Source: Eledone cirrhosa (lineage: Eukaryota). Taken from it: a DNA stretch of 64,000 nt. The number at the start of each line of letters is the position of its first letter. Position 1 is the first letter of the stretch. Below, piece after piece: positions 15,066 through 29,702 of this stretch. The notes under the pieces were generated by a model. It was not told where the DNA came from and ran no database searches. It was given only the letters and a program-made list of their open reading frames with translations. The stretch is taken from contig OZ024765.1 of NCBI GenBank assembly GCA_964016885.1, positions 4,836,001 to 4,900,000 of the forward strand, read 5' to 3'. The position numbers and the translations under genes are program-made.

Positions 15066-15454
15066 ATGCATGATAATGATGATGAGTGTTCCAGTTGTTT
15101 GATCAACCGAACAGTCTGGCTTGTGAAATTAATCTGCAAGTGGCTGAGCATTCTACAGACAGTGTGTGTGTGCATATGTGTGCCCCTTTCTCTTTGAGGT
15201 TCAGCATGACACAGTGTGTGTGTGAATGTTTGTGTGTATGTATGTTTGTGTGTATGTGTGTGTTTGTGCCTGTGTGTTTGTGTGTGTGTGTGTGTGTATG
15301 TGTGTGTATGTGTGCATGTGTGTGTATGTGTGTGTATGTGTGTGTGTATGTGTGTATGTATGTGTGTGTATGTGTGTGTATGTGTGCATATGTGCCCATT
15401 TCTAATTGTGAGTCAGCAAGACACAGTGTATGTATTTGTGGCAAGGCTAACCCT

Positions 15455-15878
15455 TTAACCCTTTACCATTTACATTATTCTATATTTACTATAAGGGCGG
15501 TGGATTGGCAGTATTGATAGAGGGTCGGACGCCATGCTTTGACGCATAGAGTTATGGCCCTTTATAATCTGAGTTCAAATCCCACCGAGGTTAACTTTGC
15601 CTTTCATCCTTACGGGGTCGATAAAATAAAGTACCAGTAATACACTGGGTAATTGTTGGCCTTGTGCCAAAAGTAGAAACAATTACTCTATATATACTAT
15701 TGTATTTTCATGGTAAAGGCCTTACCTCACATAATATCAAATCTATGAGATTTTGATATTATTTGTTTTGAGAACAATAGCTAAACATCAGTATGAGTGG
15801 CTGGTTAAAGCCGGTTTAAACAGAAAGATGTGAGAGAATTCTGGCCGGATATGGCTGGTTTAAATGCTAAAGGGTTAA
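15455..15878. mobile_element. TTAA-flanked (piggyBac-type) MITE interrupted by SINE B (15495-15686, +)
   Basis: Termini ttaa-ccctttaccattta ... taaatgctaaaggg-ttaa. The SINE is flanked by a ~17-bp duplication tattctatatttactat/tactctatatatactat. Confidence 0.8.
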
Positions 15879-16250
15879 ACATGTATTTAAAAAAATAATA
15901 TTTGTTTCTCTCTTTCTTGGAGAAGAGGGTACAACAAAACATTCCTAAAACCCATTGAAATGCCATAATGTACAACATACCGTCAAACTTCTAGAGTTTC
16001 TAAATTACAGGTAGAACTCACTTATGCCAGCTGAGTAAACTGGAGCAGTATGAAGTAGTGTGTCTTGCTCAAGAATGCTATGCACCAATCAAACTCACAA
16101 CCATATGAATGTGATGCAAAATAATAGTCTGGGGGGTCAAGAATGACATTCAATTTTCATACCAAATGGCCTAAAACAACTGTTGTTTGTGTCAGAGTGT
16201 TTCGATTTATATAAAAAATCTTCCTTCATAATTTTATATAAAAACCTTTG

Positions 16251-16474
16251 TTAACCCTTTAATATTTACTTTACTCTATTTTTACTATTTTTGAGGTAAA
16301 GGTTTTATTCTACACCATTATCTCACATAATATGGAATCTATGAGATTTTGATGTTATTTATTTTGAGAACAATACCTTAAAGTCAGTATGAGTGGCCAG
16401 TTATGGCTGGTTTGAATAGAAAGGGGTGAGAGGATTCTGGCCGGATATGGCCGGTTTAAATGTTAAATGGTTAA
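16251..16474. mobile_element. TTAA-type MITE, same family
   Basis: ttaacccttt...taaatgttaaatggttaa; internal homology to 15690-15878. Confidence 0.75.
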
Positions 16475-16566
16475 GTTATGCTCCAAACATCAGCTTAATA
16501 ATAAGAAAGTTAGTTATATTTTTATATCTCACCAAATTCTGGATTATTTTCAAAGTGATTTGAAAA

Positions 16567-16956
16567 TCATAGGCTGTGTCTTTCATTAGAAATATGCTAA
16601 TGAAAGGGTTAATGACATAGACAGTGTCTTACATTAGAAATATGGTATTGAAAGGGTTAAAGACATAGACAGTGTCTTTCATTAGAAATATGGTAATGTA
16701 AGGGTTAATGACATAGACAGTGTCTTACATTAGAAATATGGTAATGAAAGGGTTAAAGACATAGACAGTGTCTTTCATTAGAAATATGGTAATGAAAGGG
16801 TTAAAGACATAGACAGTGTCTGTCATTAGAAATATGGTAATGAAAGGGTTAAAGACATAGACAGTGTCTGTCATTAGAAATATGGTAATGAAAGGGTTAA
16901 TGACATAAGTAGTGTCTTTCATTAGAAATATGGTAATGAAAGGGTTAATGACATAT
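16567..16956. repeat. 48-bp tandem repeat (~8 copies) built from a TTAA-MITE terminus
   Basis: Unit acatagacagtgtctttcattagaaatatggtaatgaaagggttaaag. Confidence 0.9.
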
Positions 16957-16965
16957 CTAAAAACC

Positions 16966-17194
16966 TTAATCCTTTAGCATTTAAACCGGCCATATCCAGC
17001 CAGAATTCTTTCATCTCTTTCTGTTCAAACTGGCCATAACTGGTCACTCATACTGATGTTAAGGTATTGTTCTCAAAATAGATAATATCAAAATCTCATA
17101 GATTCCATATTATGTGAGATAATTATGTGAGGTAAAGCCTTTACCACAAAAATACAATAGTATATATAGAGTTATGTAGATGCTAATGGGTTAA
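16966..17194. mobile_element. TTAA-type MITE, inverted relative to 16251-16474
   Basis: ttaatcctttagcatttaaaccggcc...gctaatgggttaa. Confidence 0.8.
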
Positions 17195-18273
17195 ATCATA
17201 ATTTTATGTAGGAACATTTCTTAAGTTATGTTCCAAACCAGCTTCAATATCATCATCATCGTTAGCATGGGTTATGATCATATATATTAGTTTACCTCTT
17301 GATATGATATGGAAAAGTTTCTTAACTTTTCAGATGGTAGTCCTTCATTGGAAGATCGAATAAACGAGAAAGAGAGGGGGGAGTGAGGATGTTTGGGAGA
17401 GAGAAGGAAAAATAAGATAATAGATGAAAATAAGAAAAGAAAGAAAACATTTTAATTTAATATATATATCATCATCATCGCTATTTGATGATGATGATGA
17501 TGGTGATGATGATATAGTAAATTAAAATAATGGTAGAGTGCTGTTGAACTTCTTGCTTTTGATCCATTCATAGATTATTTCTATGGAAGAGTAATAATGT
17601 TTGGTGGGGCATGGTATAGGGGTGGGTGGTTGGGGAGTATAGCTGTTTGGGTTACTCTCTTTCTCTCTCTTACTCTCTCTTTTCTCTCTCTTACTCTCTC
17701 TTTTCTCTCTCTTACTCTTTCTTTTCTCTCTCTTACTCTCTCTTTTCTCTCTCTTACTCTCTCTTTTCTCTCTCTTACTCTCTCTCTCTCTCTCTTACTC
17801 CTTCTCTATCCCCCTCTCTCTCACCACACACTCTTTCTCTCCCTCCTTCCACTCATAACTTTTCTATCCCCCCCATTAACTCTTTCCTTCCTCCTACCAC
17901 ATTTGTCGTTTCCTCTCTTCCTCTCTCTCTCTCTCTTCCTTTCTCTCTCTCTCTCTTCCTTTCTCTCTCTCTATCCCATCTCTTTTCCTCCATTCATTCA
18001 TGACTACTACTACTACTGTCACCAACAACAACAACACTACTACTACCACTGCCGCCGCCACCACTACTACTACCACCACCACCACTACTACTACTACTAC
18101 CTGTACTATTATTACTACCATCACCACCACTACCACTACTATTACTACTACCACCACTACTACTAATACTACTACTACTACTACCACCACTACTAATACT
18201 ACTACTACAGCTACTACCACAACATATATATATAGAGAGAGAGATAGAGAAACTGTGTCTGAGAGGGATAGAA

Positions 18274-18558
18274 TGTAGTGTACGGGAGAGGAGACTGAGG
18301 TGGTATGGACATGTGATGTGCATGGAGGATGACCGATGGGTAAAGAAGTGCCAGGAAATGCCAGTTGAAGGAAGACGTGGTAGAGGTAGACCACGAAAAA
18401 CATGGGCGGAGGTGGTGAGAACAGACCTCAGATCATTGAAGCTCACGGTGGAGATGACGAGGGACCGTGACGAGTGGAGATATGCTGTGCTGAATAAGAC
18501 CCGTCCCACCCTTGCAAGCAGGGAAAAGCGGACGTAAAATGATGATGATGATGATGAT
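18274..18558 (+). mobile_element. RTE-clade LINE 3' end (ORF C-terminus + (GAT)n tail)
   Basis: SVRERRLRWYGHVMCMEDDRWVKKCQEMPVEGRRGRGRPRKTW...DRDEWR...[11 protein letters not shown], with the classic RLRW.GHV / G.R.RGRP / DR..WR motifs. Confidence 0.92.
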
Positions 18559-18735
18559 ATATATCTAAATGAGATCTTTAATATATCATATAAAATAATA
18601 CAGCCAATTATCTACACAATGCAATATAGTTAGCACTCTAAACGTTTAATTGGGAATATACTCCGGTATTTCCTAATGTTTGTTGAGTGAGTTGGAAATG
18701 GGCCGGAGTATCGCGAAAAGCTTTCTCCGTTTACG

Positions 18736-18882
<147 letters not shown>

Positions 18883-18884
18883 AT

Positions 18885-19223
18885 CACATGGCTTAGTGGT
18901 TAGAGCATTGGTCTTGCAACCGAAAGGTTGTGAGTTCAATTCTCAGACTGGGTGATGTGTTGTTTCCTTGAGCAAGACACTTTATTTCACATTGCTCCAG
19001 TTTACTCAGCTGTAGAAATGAGATGATAGGGACTAGGGTCCATATCATTCCACTGCAAAGTGGTCGTGCAGGTGCCACGGCAAAAAAGCACCCAGCACTC
19101 ACTGTAAATGAGGTTGGTGTTAGGAAGGGCATCCAGCTGTAGAAATCAAGCCAGAATCAGTTCCCGTCCCACCCTTGCAAGCAGGGAAAAGCGGACGTAA
19201 AATGAAATGATGATGATGATGAT
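18885..19223 (+). mobile_element. SINE family A, near full length
   Basis: Nearly identical to 4988-5338. Confidence 0.9.
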
Positions 19224-19397
19224 ATATATATATATATATATTTATTAAAATAACAGATTAAAGTTTAAGCAAAGAATCGCTGCTTTCACCCTTAATGGGA
19301 TCTTCTGAAACTATTTGCTCTAGGGTTCTTATATATTTGATATATATTTATCCTTATCGAGCCCTCTTTGGATTTTAGTCTTCAAATGTATTATTAT

Positions 19398-19461
<64 letters not shown>

Positions 19462-19503
19462 CTTCAAAATATTAATAAATATAGACATTCATGTGATCAA
19501 ATA

Positions 19504-19569
19504 TATTTTATTATACATATTTCAGAGGTACTGAGCTATTTCAACAGTTCGTCCTCATCAGATAAAATA
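19504..19569 (-). ncRNA. Hammerhead motif, family R (element ~19460-19735)
   Basis: tattttat-CTGATGA-gga...tct-GAAA-tatgta-TA-ataaaata; perfect 8-bp stem I. Confidence 0.72.
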
Positions 19570-19744
19570 AGTTGATGCTTGACATACCTTGACTATGTTG
19601 GTGGTTATAATTTAATATTTTATAATTTAATATTCTGAAGTAATATTAATAACTCCAGAAAACCCTTGAGTGCTTCTAATCTATTGTGAAACTTTACTCA
19701 TTGAGTAATTCATTGAACCTTGTTAAACTTTTAATTATATATAT

Positions 19745-19919
19745 CTATTCTATTCTAAGGCGGGTAAAATTCCCGAGATCCATGGACGAGTTCTCTCCAG
19801 CGGTCTCCGTCCCTCATTATCGCTGCCATGTCCTGCGTCTCCAACAGACTAGTGTCTGTCCTTAGGGCATCAACATACGTTAACCTTGGTCTTCCTCTTC
19901 TAGTGTGTCCATGTTGGGA
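19745..19919 (-). mobile_element. Second RTE-like LINE family 3' end with (AATAG)n tail
   Basis: QHGHTRRGRPRLTYVDALRTDT...MRDGDRWRELVHGSREFYPP*. Confidence 0.8.
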
Positions 19920-19927
19920 GCCCCTAC

Positions 19928-19971
<44 letters not shown>

Positions 19972-19973
<2 letters not shown>

Positions 19974-20185
19974 AAAGGTAAACAGAAATAACAACACAAT
20001 CGGTACAGTATATAGAAGGGATATATTAGGTTAACGCTTGATAGAGCAGGAAGAGGGTCTTGATGTTTCAGACGCTAGTCCTTCATCAGAAGAAAGAAAG
20101 AGAAATAAGATAGATTGAGGAGAGAGGGATGGAATTGGAAAAAATGTCTTTAGATAAAAATAATAGGTCCATTCATGTTAACATC
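19972..20185 (-). mobile_element. Second copy of the ~4540-4735 element, hammerhead motif at 20058-20093
   Basis: Minus strand reads tctt-CTGATGA-aggactagcgtct-GAAA-ca-TC-aaga; the two-copy consensus is GAAACGTC. Confidence 0.75.
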
Positions 20186-20189
20186 TCTT

Positions 20190-20228
<39 letters not shown>

Positions 20229-20373
20229 CACTCTCTCTATCTCTCTCCCTCTCTCTCTCTATCTCTCTCCCTCCCTCTCTCTCTCTATCTCTCTCCCTCT
20301 CTCTCTCTCTCTATCTCTCTCCCTCTCTCTCTCTCTATCTCTCTCCCTCTCTCTCTCTCTCTATCTCTCTCCC

Positions 20374-20437
<64 letters not shown>

Positions 20438-20989
20438 ATGTAATATCTCTCTCACTCTACCTATCCACTCACACACATTTCCTCCACTCACTGGAACCAC
20501 TCCACACTCCACTCACAGGAATCACTCTACTCCATTCACTGGAACCACTCTACACTCCACTCCACACTCCACTCACACACCCTTCCTCCACTCACTGGAA
20601 CCACTACACACTCCACTCCACTCACTGGAACCACTCCACACTCCACTCACACACCCTTCCTCCACTCACTGCAGCTGCACTTCTTAGAATTTGACACTGA
20701 GTGTGACCAAAATGACACTGGATCTCTTCCACTCTCTCCCTCCCCTTCTCCCCTCCTCTTCCCTCCCCTCACGCTCGCCATTTATCTTCCTCCCCCTTCC
20801 TCTTCTCTCCTCCTCACCATCTCCTCTTCCTTGCCCCATCCTTCTCGCCCTCCTCGCTCCCTTCTCTTCTCTCCATCCTTCTCGCCCTCCTCCTATCCCT
20901 CCCGCCTCTCCATCTCCCCCCCTCCCACCCCCTTCAGTCTAATTGCTGATCAATGTCGACGCCATCAGTCACTGGCGTCTGTGGCTGTT

Positions 20990-22062
20990 CGTAACAGCAA
21001 CCACTACCACCACCACACCACCACTACCACTACTCTACCACCACCACTACACCACCACCACTACACCACCACCACTACCACCACTACACCACCACCACAC
21101 CAGCACCACCACTACCACTACACCGCCACCACCACCACTACACCACCACCACCACCACTACACCACTACCACCACTACACCACCACTACTCTACCACCAC
21201 CACTACACCACCACCACACCAGCACCACCACTACACCACTACCACCACTACACCACTACCACCACTACTACCATCATCATCACCACCATTTACAGCAGTA
21301 CTACTATCGCTACCACCACCACTCTAACTGATAGCACTACTACCACCACCACCACCACCACCATCACTACACTCACCACCTCTACTACTACAACAACCAC
21401 CACTACAACCACAGATATAACCACTACTACTACTACCACCACCACCACAGATATCACCACTAATACTACTACTACTACTACTACCATTACAGCTATCATC
21501 ACTATCACTACTACCACCACTACAGCTACCACTACTACTACAGCTATCACCACTACAACAGCTTTCACTACTACTACCACTACTACTACACCTATCACCA
21601 CTACAACTACTACTACCACTATCGCTATCACCACCACTACAGCTACCACCACCACTACTACTACTACACCTACCACTACTACTACCACTATCACTACAGC
21701 TATCACTACTACTACTTCAGCTATCACCACTACACCTATCAATACTACTACTACACCTACCACTACTATCACCACTACCACTATCACCACCACCACTACT
21801 ACTACCACTACAACCACTGCTACAGCTACCACTACAGCTATCACCACTACTACTACCATTATCACTACTACCACCACCACCACTACTATCACCACTACCA
21901 CTACTACTACAGCTACCACCACTACTACAGCTGCCACTACTACTACAGCTATCACCACTACTACTACCACCACCACCACTACTATCACTACTACCACCAC
22001 TACCACTACAGCTACCACCACTACTACTACTACAGCTATCACCACTACTACTACTACCACAT
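20990..22062. repeat. (ACC/ACT)n trinucleotide block
   Basis: Source of the poly-Thr/Val ORFs. Confidence 0.95.
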
Positions 22063-22324
22063 AAACAATTACCACAGCGACAATAGGAAGCTTTTCTTCA
22101 TTGCTATATACATTGCTGTTGAATGTAAGTTTACATTACTCTCTCTCTCTATGTATATATATATATACACACACATATACATACATATATGTATACAATA
22201 TATATATTATATATATACATATATATATATTATATATATATACACACACATATATATGTATACAATTATATATATACACACACATATATATGTATACAAA
22301 TATATTATATATACATATCCATAC

Positions 22325-22356
<32 letters not shown>

Positions 22357-22358
22357 AC

Positions 22359-22394
<36 letters not shown>

Positions 22395-22445
22395 ATGGTG
22401 TTATTAGTGTTGTATGTATCTGATACCTTAATTTTTATCAACATA

Positions 22446-22481
<36 letters not shown>

Positions 22482-22577
22482 GTATATATATATATGTATA
22501 TATATATATGTGTGTGTGTGTATATATACCTTTATATTGATATCTATATACCTACCTATCTATCTATCTATCGATCT

Positions 22578-22734
<157 letters not shown>

Positions 22735-22876
22735 ACTATTAAGCTCTGTAGCCTACATAGAGCACTCTTTTTTCCTCGACTTTTCCGACGGAATTCATTT
22801 ATACATCTCCAACCGGGCTTGATTGAGGCATATTCTATATTACAAATGAAATAATTGCCTTATGTTGTTTAGTACA

Positions 22877-22924
<48 letters not shown>

Positions 22925-23326
22925 GGTTTGTTTATCTTTATGTATATATATGTGTGTGTATGTATGTATGTCTGTGTGTACATATCTGTATGTACGTATG
23001 TCTGTGTATATATATATTTGTATGTGAATGACTGTATGTGTATATATATATATATATATTTGTGTACATGTGTGTGTATATATATGTGTATGTATATATA
23101 TGTGTATGTATATATATGTGTATGTGTGTGTATATATATGTGTATGTGTGTGTATATATATGTGTATATGTGTATATATATGTGTGTATATATATATATG
23201 TATGTGTGTATATATATGTATGTGTGTGCATATGTATGTGTATATATGTATGTGTATATGTATATGTGTATGTGTGTATATATATATGTGTATGTGTGTG
23301 TGGATATATATATATATGTGTATGCA

Positions 23327-23369
<43 letters not shown>

Positions 23370-23791
23370 ATGCATATGTATGTATATATGTGTGTGTATA
23401 TATCTATATATGTATGTGTGTATATATGTATATGTGTGTATATATCTATATATATATATCTGTGTGTATATGTATGTGTATATATGTATATGTATGTGTG
23501 TATATAAGTATGTGTGTATATGTATGTGTATATATGTATATGTATGTGTGTATATAAGTATGTGTGTATATATATATATATATGTGTGTATGTGTGTATA
23601 TAAGTATGTGTGTATATATGTATGTGAGTCTGTTTATACCGTTTGTACGTTTCTATCACTTTCTCTATCACACACCCACATAGTTGTACATATCAACACC
23701 ATGTCTTACATATACACACCTTCCAATATCTAGACGTGTCTTCACTCTGTATACACACCTAATATATAATATACATACATATATATGTATA

Positions 23792-23833
<42 letters not shown>

Positions 23834-23907
23834 GCGTACCATATAATATATATATTACATATTACGTGTCTCTTTATATGTATATATACATATGTAATAC
23901 GTCTCCA

Positions 23908-23965
<58 letters not shown>

Positions 23966-24129
23966 TAAAATATATGATAAACACAAAACGTGTTTGCATT
24001 GCAACAGACAGTCAGCTATTAATGAAATAAACTAATTAAAGTGAATACAATTTGTCTGTCTCGATTAATTATTGTAAAGGACTGAGAGCTTATTCTCAAA
24101 ATATTATATAGTATATATATATATATATA

Positions 24130-24176
<47 letters not shown>

Positions 24177-24217
24177 ATATGTATGTATATATATATATGT
24201 GTGTGTGTGTATATATA

Positions 24218-24362
24218 TGGCTTCTACGCGACTAGCCCTTTCTTGATGATTTCCTTCGAATGAAACATGAAACAGTTCTAGTCCTGTAGAAGCCATTTCT
24301 ATATTAAATCTTGTATACACTCTACTAATGTATTGAGTACCTTACTTACTGTGGTTACCCCT
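24218..24362 (+). mobile_element. TA-embedded element, family S (homologous to 55945-56128)
   Basis: ggcttctac...gtagaagcc short inverted ends, a TGATGA..GAAA core and the shared tail gtattgagtaccttacttactgtggttaccc. Confidence 0.65.
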
Positions 24363-24543
24363 ATCTATCTATCTATATATACATACGTGTGTACAATGTC
24401 TGTTTACATGCATATACACAATCAATGGAAGTATTTCTGAATGAGGATGGATCATACTATTTAGTTGTAGTTAAATGTATAAACATAACATGTATATATA
24501 TTGTAGAGTGTATATAAATAGTTGTGTTTTGGTAGTTTGGGGA

Positions 24544-24578
<35 letters not shown>

Positions 24579-24826
24579 GGGAGGGTACCATATCACCCCT
24601 GTCCCCATGTCTAATCCACCATATATTATATACGTGGGCAATGTATATATATATATATACAAACATTATTATATATATATATATATATATGTGTGTGTTT
24701 GTGTGTATACAAACATGATATATATGTGTAGTGTTTATACACACACACATATATATATATATATATGCGTGTGTGTGTGTGTGTGTTTGTGTGTATTCAA
24801 ACATGATATATATGTGTAGTGTTTAT

Positions 24827-24864
<38 letters not shown>

Positions 24865-25080
24865 CTGCGTGTGTGTGTGTACAAACATAATATATGTGTA
24901 GTGTATATACATATACGTGTGCGTGTGTGTGTGTGTACAAACATAATATGTGTAGTGTTTATGCACGTGTGTGTGTGTGTAGAGTATATACACACATAAC
25001 AATATATACACTGAATAATATATTTACATGTGTGTCTATATACGCACATAACAATATGCATGCGTGCAATGTATGTTTAC

Positions 25081-25125
<45 letters not shown>

Positions 25126-25417
25126 AGATGCGTATACGTGTGTGTAATGCGTATATTTCCATTCTGTAGAAATTATGAACAATTTGTAATGTTAAGAAAA
25201 ACAATATATACACCTGTATATACATCCGTGTGTGGAATGTATGTTTATATAGCCGTGCAACGTATATACGTGTATGCAGAAATTATACACACATTATATA
25301 CGTATGTGTAGTAGATACACACACTATATGCATATATATATATATATACATATACACATATATATATATACATATACACACACACTATATATATATATCC
25401 AGTAGAAACACGTATGC

Positions 25418-25448
<31 letters not shown>

Positions 25449-25517
25449 CATACATACATACATACATCCATACATGTTTCTACTGGATATACACACAAAT
25501 ATATACATATACGTGTG

Positions 25518-25559
<42 letters not shown>

Positions 25560-25708
25560 ATATATATTCGCATGGACAGTGGGTATACGCACATAATATA
25601 TATACATGTATGTAGTATATATATATATATATATATATATACTCACTATATATGCGTATGTGTAATATAAGCACACAATACGTATATTGTGTGTGTAATC
25701 GATATATA

Positions 25709-25787
25709 CAGGGTGTCCCCGAAAAATGTATACACAGTTCAAGGGCATTCTAATCAAACTGTGTATACATTTTTGGGGGACACACTG
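25709..25787. mobile_element. 79-bp Tc1/mariner-type MITE
   Basis: TA|cagggtgtccccgaaaaatgtatacacagtt ... aactgtgtatacatttttgggggacacactg|TA; ~31-bp TIRs. Confidence 0.88.
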
Positions 25788-26304
25788 TATATATATATGT
25801 GTTAGTAATGGCTACACGCGCAATCATACATATACGTGAGTATATATATATACACACTCGTAACAATATATACGTGTCCATAATGTATGTTTACATACCT
25901 TTACTACCTATAATAGAAAATATTAAATGAATGCGTATATAGTTTTATTTGACAACAAATTACACATACATAGTCATATATATACACACACAGTCTTATA
26001 CAGTCACATACATAGTCACATACATTGTCATATATATACACCCGCAGTCACATACATAGTCATATACAGTTCCATACATAGTCACATACATTGTCATATA
26101 TATACACACACAGTCACATACATAGTCATATACATACAGTCACATACATAGTCACATATATACACAGTCACATACATAGTCATATACATACAGTCACATA
26201 CATAGTCACATACATTGTCATATACATACACACAGTCACATACATACAGTCACATACATAGTCACATACATTGTCATATATATACACACAGTCACATACA
26301 TACA

Positions 26305-26514
26305 TTTTTTTTGTCGTGGCACCTCCACGACCACTTTGCAGTGGAATGATAGGGACCCCAGTCCCTATCATCTCATTTCTACAGCTGAGTAAACTGGAGC
26401 AATGTGAAATAAAGTGTCTTGCTCAAGGAAACAACACATCACCCGGTCTGAGAATTAAACTCACAACCTTTCGATTGCAAGGCCAATGCTCTAACCACTA
26501 AGCCATGTGCCTCC
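26305..26514 (-). mobile_element. SINE family A, 3'-truncated
   Basis: Reverse complement of 4988-5190. Confidence 0.88.
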
Positions 26515-26719
26515 ATGTGTATATGTTTGTGTATGTGTGTATATTTGTGTATGTGTGTATATTTTCATTCATTACCATCTCTCTCTCTTTCTCTCTTTGT
26601 CTACTTTTGTTTTCACCCACTCGTGGGTGTGTGCATGTATGTAGGTGTTTCTGTCTACTTTCAGTTTCACCCATCCGATCTCTCTCTCCCCCCAACCTCT
26701 ACTCTCTCTCTCTCTCTCT

Positions 26720-26920
26720 AAACAAAGAAGTTGTGGTAAGGAACCAGATGGACCATAACGCACCAGAGTACTCAATACTTAGGGTAGTAGAGTGGGAAAT
26801 AGGCAAAAGTATGACCCCGACGGCAGAGCACAAGCCGTTTCGATGGCTATTTCTGGATTATTATTGTCCAGAAATAGCCGTCGAAACGGGTTGAACTCTG
26901 CCGTCGGGGTCATACTTTTT

Positions 26921-26924
<4 letters not shown>
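26720..26924 (+). mobile_element. Hairpin element, family P (copy 2)
   Basis: ~80-nt leader, then an imperfect palindrome 26800-26924 with a ttattatt loop. Confidence 0.8.
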
Positions 26925-26956
<32 letters not shown>

Positions 26957-26958
<2 letters not shown>

Positions 26959-27231
26959 GATCGTGTACGTGTCAAATGAGATCGAGATCGTGTAGGTGTC
27001 ACGAGAAAAAAAACACACAGTCCACGCTGTAATGTGGCCGTGTGGGTGGCACGGTAAAAAGCTCCCAGTCCACACTGTAAATGTGGTTGGTGTTAGGAAG
27101 GGCATCCAGCCGTAGAAAACCTGCCAGACAGTCCTATATGAGTGAGACACGGTTCGACCAACCTTGCCCCAAGTGGGACAACTCCCGTCTAACCCATGCT
27201 AGCGTGGAAGATGGACGTTAAAAGATGATGA

Positions 27232-27233
<2 letters not shown>
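26957..27233 (+). mobile_element. SINE family C, 3' part
   Basis: 48-bp modules, aggaagggcatccagccgtagaaaac and a (GAT)n tail. Confidence 0.8.
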
Positions 27234-27277
<44 letters not shown>

Positions 27278-27857
27278 CCATCAACAACAATACTACCAAC
27301 AACACCACCACCACTGCCAACAACACCACCACCACCACAAACAACAGCACCACCATCAATAACAACAGCACCACCATCAATAACAACACCACCACCACTG
27401 CCAACAACACCACCACCAACAACAACAACAGCACCACCATCAACAACACCACCACTACCAACAACACCACCACCACTAACAACACCACCACCACCACCAC
27501 TACCACCAACACCACCACCACCAATACCAGCACAACCAACACCAACAACATCAGAGACATGTATATTTCCTTTCTATAATGCAGCCCCCCCCCTCCTCAC
27601 GTTCTCCCCCACCCCCAAGTTCTCCCCCACCCCCAAGTTCTCCCCCACCCCCAAGTTCTCCCCCACCCTACTATTGTCACCCACACCATCTGGAGTGTCT
27701 CTGTTGACAATTTACAGATGACCTCAGCTCAGATATTGTAACATGATGGTGGAGGGCCAGGATTGGGAGGTGAGGGGTGATGGGGCTGTTAAATGACTCA
27801 TCATTGTGTGTGTGTGTGCATGTGTGTGTGTGCGCGTGTGTGTGTGTGTGTGTGGGT

Positions 27858-27888
<31 letters not shown>

Positions 27889-27925
27889 GGTGTGTGAGTG
27901 TATATATATATATGATTCCTTTCTC

Positions 27926-28404
27926 TAGGGGCCTTCAAAATGTTTGTGGAAAAAGTACATAGCTAAAAACCATATGCAGGTATTTTGATCTCAATACACC
28001 TGTATGTTCGGAAGTCAGCCCCCACTCAAGCAACATGGCCTCCATCAAAACATGAAACTCATGGTGAAGCTAGGGTGGAAGAGCAGCCAAATAATTGACA
28101 CTCTGGAGCAGGTTTATGGGGACAATGCCCCAATAAATCAACACCCCTACAAATGGATAAGTTGTTTAAGAAGTGGAAGAGATGAGGTTGAAGATGATCC
28201 CCAGTTGAAGATGTAGAAAAAGCTGCTTTGACGTGGTTTAAATCACATTAGCCCTCAGTTTTACACAGATTAACTTAAAAGCTGGTATCAACACTTGCAG
28301 AAGTGTATTGACCTAGCTGGAGCATATGTTGAAAAATAAACGTCATAACTTAAACCATTTTTTTCCAAATGTCCTTTTTCCACGAACTTGTTGAAGCCCA
28401 CTCA
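27926..28404 (+). mobile_element. Degenerate, internally deleted mariner element
   Basis: Imperfect TIRs gggccttcaaaatgtttgtggaaaa / ttttccacgaacttgttgaagccc. HTH remnant MKLMVKLGWKSSQIIDTLEQVYGDNAP..YKW...RSGRDEVEDDP fused to the C-terminus ..WYQHLQKCIDLAGAYVEK*; stops and frameshifts present. Confidence 0.85.
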
Positions 28405-28434
28405 TGTGTGTGTGTATATATATATATACATACA

Positions 28435-28774
28435 CATCATCATCATTTCATTTTACGTCCGCTTTTTCCCTGCTTGCATGGGTGGGACGGGAACTGATTC
28501 TGGCTTGATCTCTACAGCTGGATGCCCTTCCTAACACCAACCTCATTTACAGTGAGTGCTGGGTGCTTTTTTGCCGTGGCACCTCCACGACCACTTTGCA
28601 GTGGAATGATAGGGACCCCAGTCCCTATCATCTCATTTCTACAGCTGAGTAAACTGGAGCAATGTGAAATAAAGTGTCTTGCTCAAGGAAACAACACATC
28701 ACCCGGTCTGGGAATTGAACTCACAACCTTTTGATTACAAGACCAATGCTCTAACCACTAAGCCATGTGCCTCC
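28435..28774 (-). mobile_element. SINE family A, full length
   Basis: Reverse complement of 4988-5338. Confidence 0.9.
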
Positions 28775-28977
28775 ATACATATACATTCATATATATATAC
28801 ATATATATAATAATAGTATAAACGAAAGATATATACTTTAAACCATTTTTTCCAAATGTCCCTTTTCCACAAACTTGTTGAAGCCCACTCATATATATAT
28901 GTGTATATATATATACATACATACATATATATAATAATAGTATAAACGAAGGATATATACTTTATATCATCTCTATT

Positions 28978-29055
28978 TATTTCATTATATATATTTCAAA
29001 GATGCAAATGTTTATGTATAACATAAAGCAAAACATGTCCTCCTCAGATGAAATA
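28978..29055 (-). ncRNA. Hammerhead motif, family R'
   Basis: tatttcat-CTGAGGA-ggacatg...catcttt-GAAA-tatata-TA-atgaaata; perfect 8-bp stem I. Confidence 0.72.
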
Positions 29056-29303
29056 CATAGAAAATGTATAATTTTTTTCATGATATGCTGGTAGACAAAC
29101 GAGCTGGATCAGTGACCCCTAAACATATATATGAGAGCGGCCAACCGAACTAGAAACTGCTAAATATGTGGCCGCTGCCTTGTCATTCTGTCTTTTCAGC
29201 TCCATGGATTATATTCCTTTGTTAAATTTTGAATACCTGATGATGTCACCGGATTCATAAACCTTTAGGGAATTACACCAGTCCAGCCTCCTGTTATTTT
29301 ATA

Positions 29304-29491
29304 ATAATTGTTTCTGCATTAGGCACAAGGCCAGCAATTACCCAGTGCATTACTGGTACTTTATTTTATCGACCCCGTAAAGATGAAAGGCAAAGTTAAC
29401 CTCGGCGGGATTTGAACTCAGATCGTAAAGGGACGTAACTATGCTGGAAAGCAAGGCGTCCGACCCTCTACTGATACTGCCAATACACCGT
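29304..29491 (-). mobile_element. SINE family B
   Basis: Full body match to other copies. Confidence 0.88.
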
Positions 29492-29702
29492 TATTTTATA
29501 ATAATCAACTCCGTACTCGCACCACCAACAACACAAACGAAGACGGGTGAGTTGCATTACGTCGAGTGCTCTCCCTAATATTACATCAAGGTTGACCATA
29601 CGGAATGACCAGTTCTATCCAGTGGTGAACCAACAAACCTAAATATATAGATATATATTAATTCAAATATTAACAAAATAGATATTCTCGTGATCAATTA
29701 AA

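Noticed and set aside
20943-22075. Mucin-like poly-Thr ORF (also 54805-55951)
   Set aside because: (ACC/ACT)n microsatellite typical of this genome; no credible splice sites.
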